A stretch of 29,572 nucleotides of DNA, taken from contig JABXKD010000046.1 in assembly GCA_013375475.1 (NCBI GenBank), positions 1 through 29,572 of the forward strand, read 5' to 3'. A program made the translations under genes and the position numbers. This DNA comes from Promethearchaeota archaeon (GTDB lineage: Archaea > Asgardarchaeota > Lokiarchaeia > Sigyniarchaeales > SOKP01). Below, one piece after another: positions 27,736-29,572 of the stretch; positions within the stretch are counted from its first letter, which is position 1; the number at the start of each line of letters is the position of its first letter. The notes under the pieces are model-generated. The model made no database searches, was not told the DNA's origin, and worked only from the letters and a program-made list of their open reading frames with translations.

Positions 27736-29211
27736 ATGGATAATTTAAAGAATTATATAAACGGAAATTTTGTGGATTCAAATAGTAATCAATTTAATGA
27801 TTTTATGAATCCAGCTTTGGATGAACCTATTGGAAAAGTTCCAATTTCAACGAAGGATGAAGTTGATGAAGTTGTAAAAGTAGCTAAAGAAGCTTTTAAA
27901 AAATGGAGAAAAGTTCCTGGAATCGAAAGAATCCAACCTTTCTTACGTTTATTAACAATATTTAAGGAGAATATTGAAGAATTAACTGAATTGATTGTAA
28001 TTAACCACGGTAAAGAATGGAATGCCGCTAAAGGAGAAATAATTAGAACTTATCAAATGATTGAAGCCTCACTTGCGGTACCTGAATATCAAAAGGGTCA
28101 ATATATGTCCAATATCGCTGAAGGAATTGATGAGTATACAATACTTGAACCTATGGGTGTTTTTATTATGATCCCTCCTTTTAATTTCCCCACATTAGTT
28201 CCATTCTGGTTTATGCCCTTCGCAGTTGCAGCCGGAAACGCTTACATTATTAAATCGAACGAGCAAGCTCCATTAGCAATGCAAAAGATTTTTAAACTTA
28301 TTGATAAGGCAGGTTTTCCACCAGGAGTTATTAATTTCATCCATGGAAATGTGGACACTGCAAATCATTTGATTGAACATCCTGATGTCGTAGGTGTGTC
28401 GAGTGTAGGATCAACTCCTGTAGCTCGCGAAATTTATAAAAAAGCAAGTAGTTTATGTAAGCGAGCTCAATGTCATGGAGGAGCTAATAACTTTTTGGTC
28501 ATTACTGAAAATGCAAATATTGAGAAAATAATGCCTAATTTAATGAATTCCTTTTTTGGAAACACTGGACAGCGTTGTTTATCTGGAGCAATAGCGATGA
28601 TCGTTGGAAAGCAGAGCTTTTACGAAACATTCAGAGAAAAATTCCTAGAGGAGATAAAAGCCCTCAAAGTAGGGTATGGGATGGATAAAGATTCTTTTAT
28701 GGGTCCTGTGATATCCAAGAAGTCACTGAATAATCTTAAGGAACAGATCGAGAATGGAATTGAGGGCGGTGCAAAGTTAATTTTAGATGGCCGAGATATA
28801 AGAGTGCCTGGATACGAAAAAGGGTATTTTCTAGGACCGTGTGTATTTGAAAAAGCTAAGCCAGGAATGAAATTATATGATGAAGAAGTATTTGGACCAG
28901 TAGCTTGCCTTGATCGTGTTGATAGTTTGGAAGAAGCCATAAAGATAATCAACGATAATCCAAAAGGAAATGCAGTTACAATTTATACTGAGAGTGGTGA
29001 AGAAGCACGTAAATTTAGAGGTGAAATTCATTCTATCCAAACTGGCATTAATATCGGTGTTGTAGCACCGCTTGCATGGTTTCCCTTTGCAGGCGCAAAA
29101 GATTCGTTCTTTGGTACGCTCAGAGCTCAAGGATATGAAGTTATAAAGTTTTTTACGCAAGAACGCGTGATAATTGAAAGATTTCACGGAAGTGGAATTC
29201 CCTGGGATTAA
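27736..29211 (+). CDS. mmsA: CoA-acylating (methyl)malonate-semialdehyde dehydrogenase
   Basis: 491 aa. PFNFP...PFW, VGSTPVA, RAQCHGGANN, GQRCL (catalytic Cys), EEVFGPV, GINIGVVAP...FPFAG.K.SFFG. Confidence 0.88.
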   Translation: MDNLKNYINGNFVDSNSNQFNDFMNPALDEPIGKVPISTKDEVDEVVKVAKEAFKKWRKVPGIERIQPFLRLLTIFKENIEELTELIVINHGKEWNAAKGEIIRTYQMIEASLAVPEYQKGQYMSNIAEGIDEYTILEPMGVFIMIPPFNFPTLVPFWFMPFAVAAGNAYIIKSNEQAPLAMQKIFKLIDKAGFPPGVINFIHGNVDTANHLIEHPDVVGVSSVGSTPVAREIYKKASSLCKRAQCHGGANNFLVITENANIEKIMPNLMNSFFGNTGQRCLSGAIAMIVGKQSFYETFREKFLEEIKALKVGYGMDKDSFMGPVISKKSLNNLKEQIENGIEGGAKLILDGRDIRVPGYEKGYFLGPCVFEKAKPGMKLYDEEVFGPVACLDRVDSLEEAIKIINDNPKGNAVTIYTESGEEARKFRGEIHSIQTGINIGVVAPLAWFPFAGAKDSFFGTLRAQGYEVIKFFTQERVIIERFHGSGIPWD

Positions 29212-29213
29212 AA

Positions 29214-29228
29214 TCTTCTTTTTTTTTT
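29214..29228 (+). terminator. Putative archaeal oligo-T terminator
   Basis: TCTTC followed by a 10-T run immediately after the mmsA stop, between convergent genes. Confidence 0.45.
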
Positions 29229-29240
29229 ACAAGGAGAGAA

Positions 29241-29570
29241 TTATTCTTTTACACGCAAAATTGCGCAAGCAGTTAAATTAGTATAGTATTTTGCTCTATT
29301 TCTTTTACTCATCTCCCGCTTAAGATCGTCATAATCAAAAGCTAAATCATCTAATTTTTTCTCAACTTTTACAATATCTTTTTCGAGAAAACGAATTTCT
29401 TCTTTTAGTTTATCGATTTTATCCAAACGCTCTTGCCGTCTTTGTTTATCTTCAATGCTTTTAATATTTAATAGTTGCCGTTCGGTTGGTTTTTTGCTTT
29501 CTTTTTTCTCTAATTTTAGTTTTAAGGTTTCTAATTTAAAAGTAAGAAGTCTCTTATTATAGGTGTAGAT
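29241..29570 (-). CDS. Coiled-coil hypothetical protein (3' part only, start lies outside the window)
   Basis: The frame of the listed 61 aa ORF stays open to the window end (IYTYNKRLLTFKLETLKLKLEKKESKKPTERQLLNIKSIEDKQRRQERLDKIDKL...). Rich in K/E/R with heptad-like leucines. Confidence 0.7.
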   Translation of the reverse strand: MYTYNKRLLTFKLETLKLKLEKKESKKPTERQLLNIKSIEDKQRRQERLDKIDKLKEEIRFLEKDIVKVEKKLDDLAFDYDDLKREMSKRNRAKYYTNLTACAILRVKE

Positions 29571-29572
29571 CT

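Noticed and set aside
456-29187. Numerous short antisense or alternate-frame ORFs (e.g. 5019-5579, 12617-13018, 15752-16090, 16694-17026, 28620-28952)
   Set aside because: They lie within or almost wholly overlap well-supported genes and have no recognisable motifs, so they are shadow ORFs.
1-29572. CRISPR arrays, tRNA/rRNA genes, IS elements or prophage
   Set aside because: I saw no regularly spaced repeats, GC-rich cloverleaf or rRNA-like segments, transposase or integrase motifs by eye. tRNAscan-SE or Infernal would be needed to exclude small RNAs formally.

Overview
AT-rich archaeal-type chromosomal window, most consistent with an Asgard archaeon (Lokiarchaeia-like). This assignment is an inference from gene content, TATA-type promoters and the selenocysteine signal type. 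Most genes are anaerobic catabolism genes: aldehyde:ferredoxin oxidoreductase plus Fe-alcohol dehydrogenase, two 3-hydroxyacyl-CoA dehydrogenases, crotonase, acyl-CoA ligase, a TPP enzyme, and a class III aminotransferase plus methylmalonate-semialdehyde dehydrogenase. There are also two MFS transporters, a HEPN-MNT pair, a radical SAM maturase, QueG-like and CruF-like proteins and several hypothetical proteins. The main hidden signal, missed by the ORF track, is two peroxiredoxin/AhpC-TSA-like genes (8055-8564 and 18724-19191, both minus strand). Each has an in-frame TGA at the first position of the redox motif (W-U-S-H-C and N-U-P-Y-C) and is followed in its 3' UTR by a eukaryote-style SECIS-like stem-loop. 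The first has a canonical AUGA/GA core, and the second is a non-canonical GGA/AGA variant. Both are most likely selenoproteins. Also present are a remnant of an acyl-CoA ligase paralogue, a 5'-truncated GNAT gene, an MFS gene whose frame opens ATG-TGA, and a small Sm-like ORF. I saw no rRNA, tRNA, CRISPR array or transposase.
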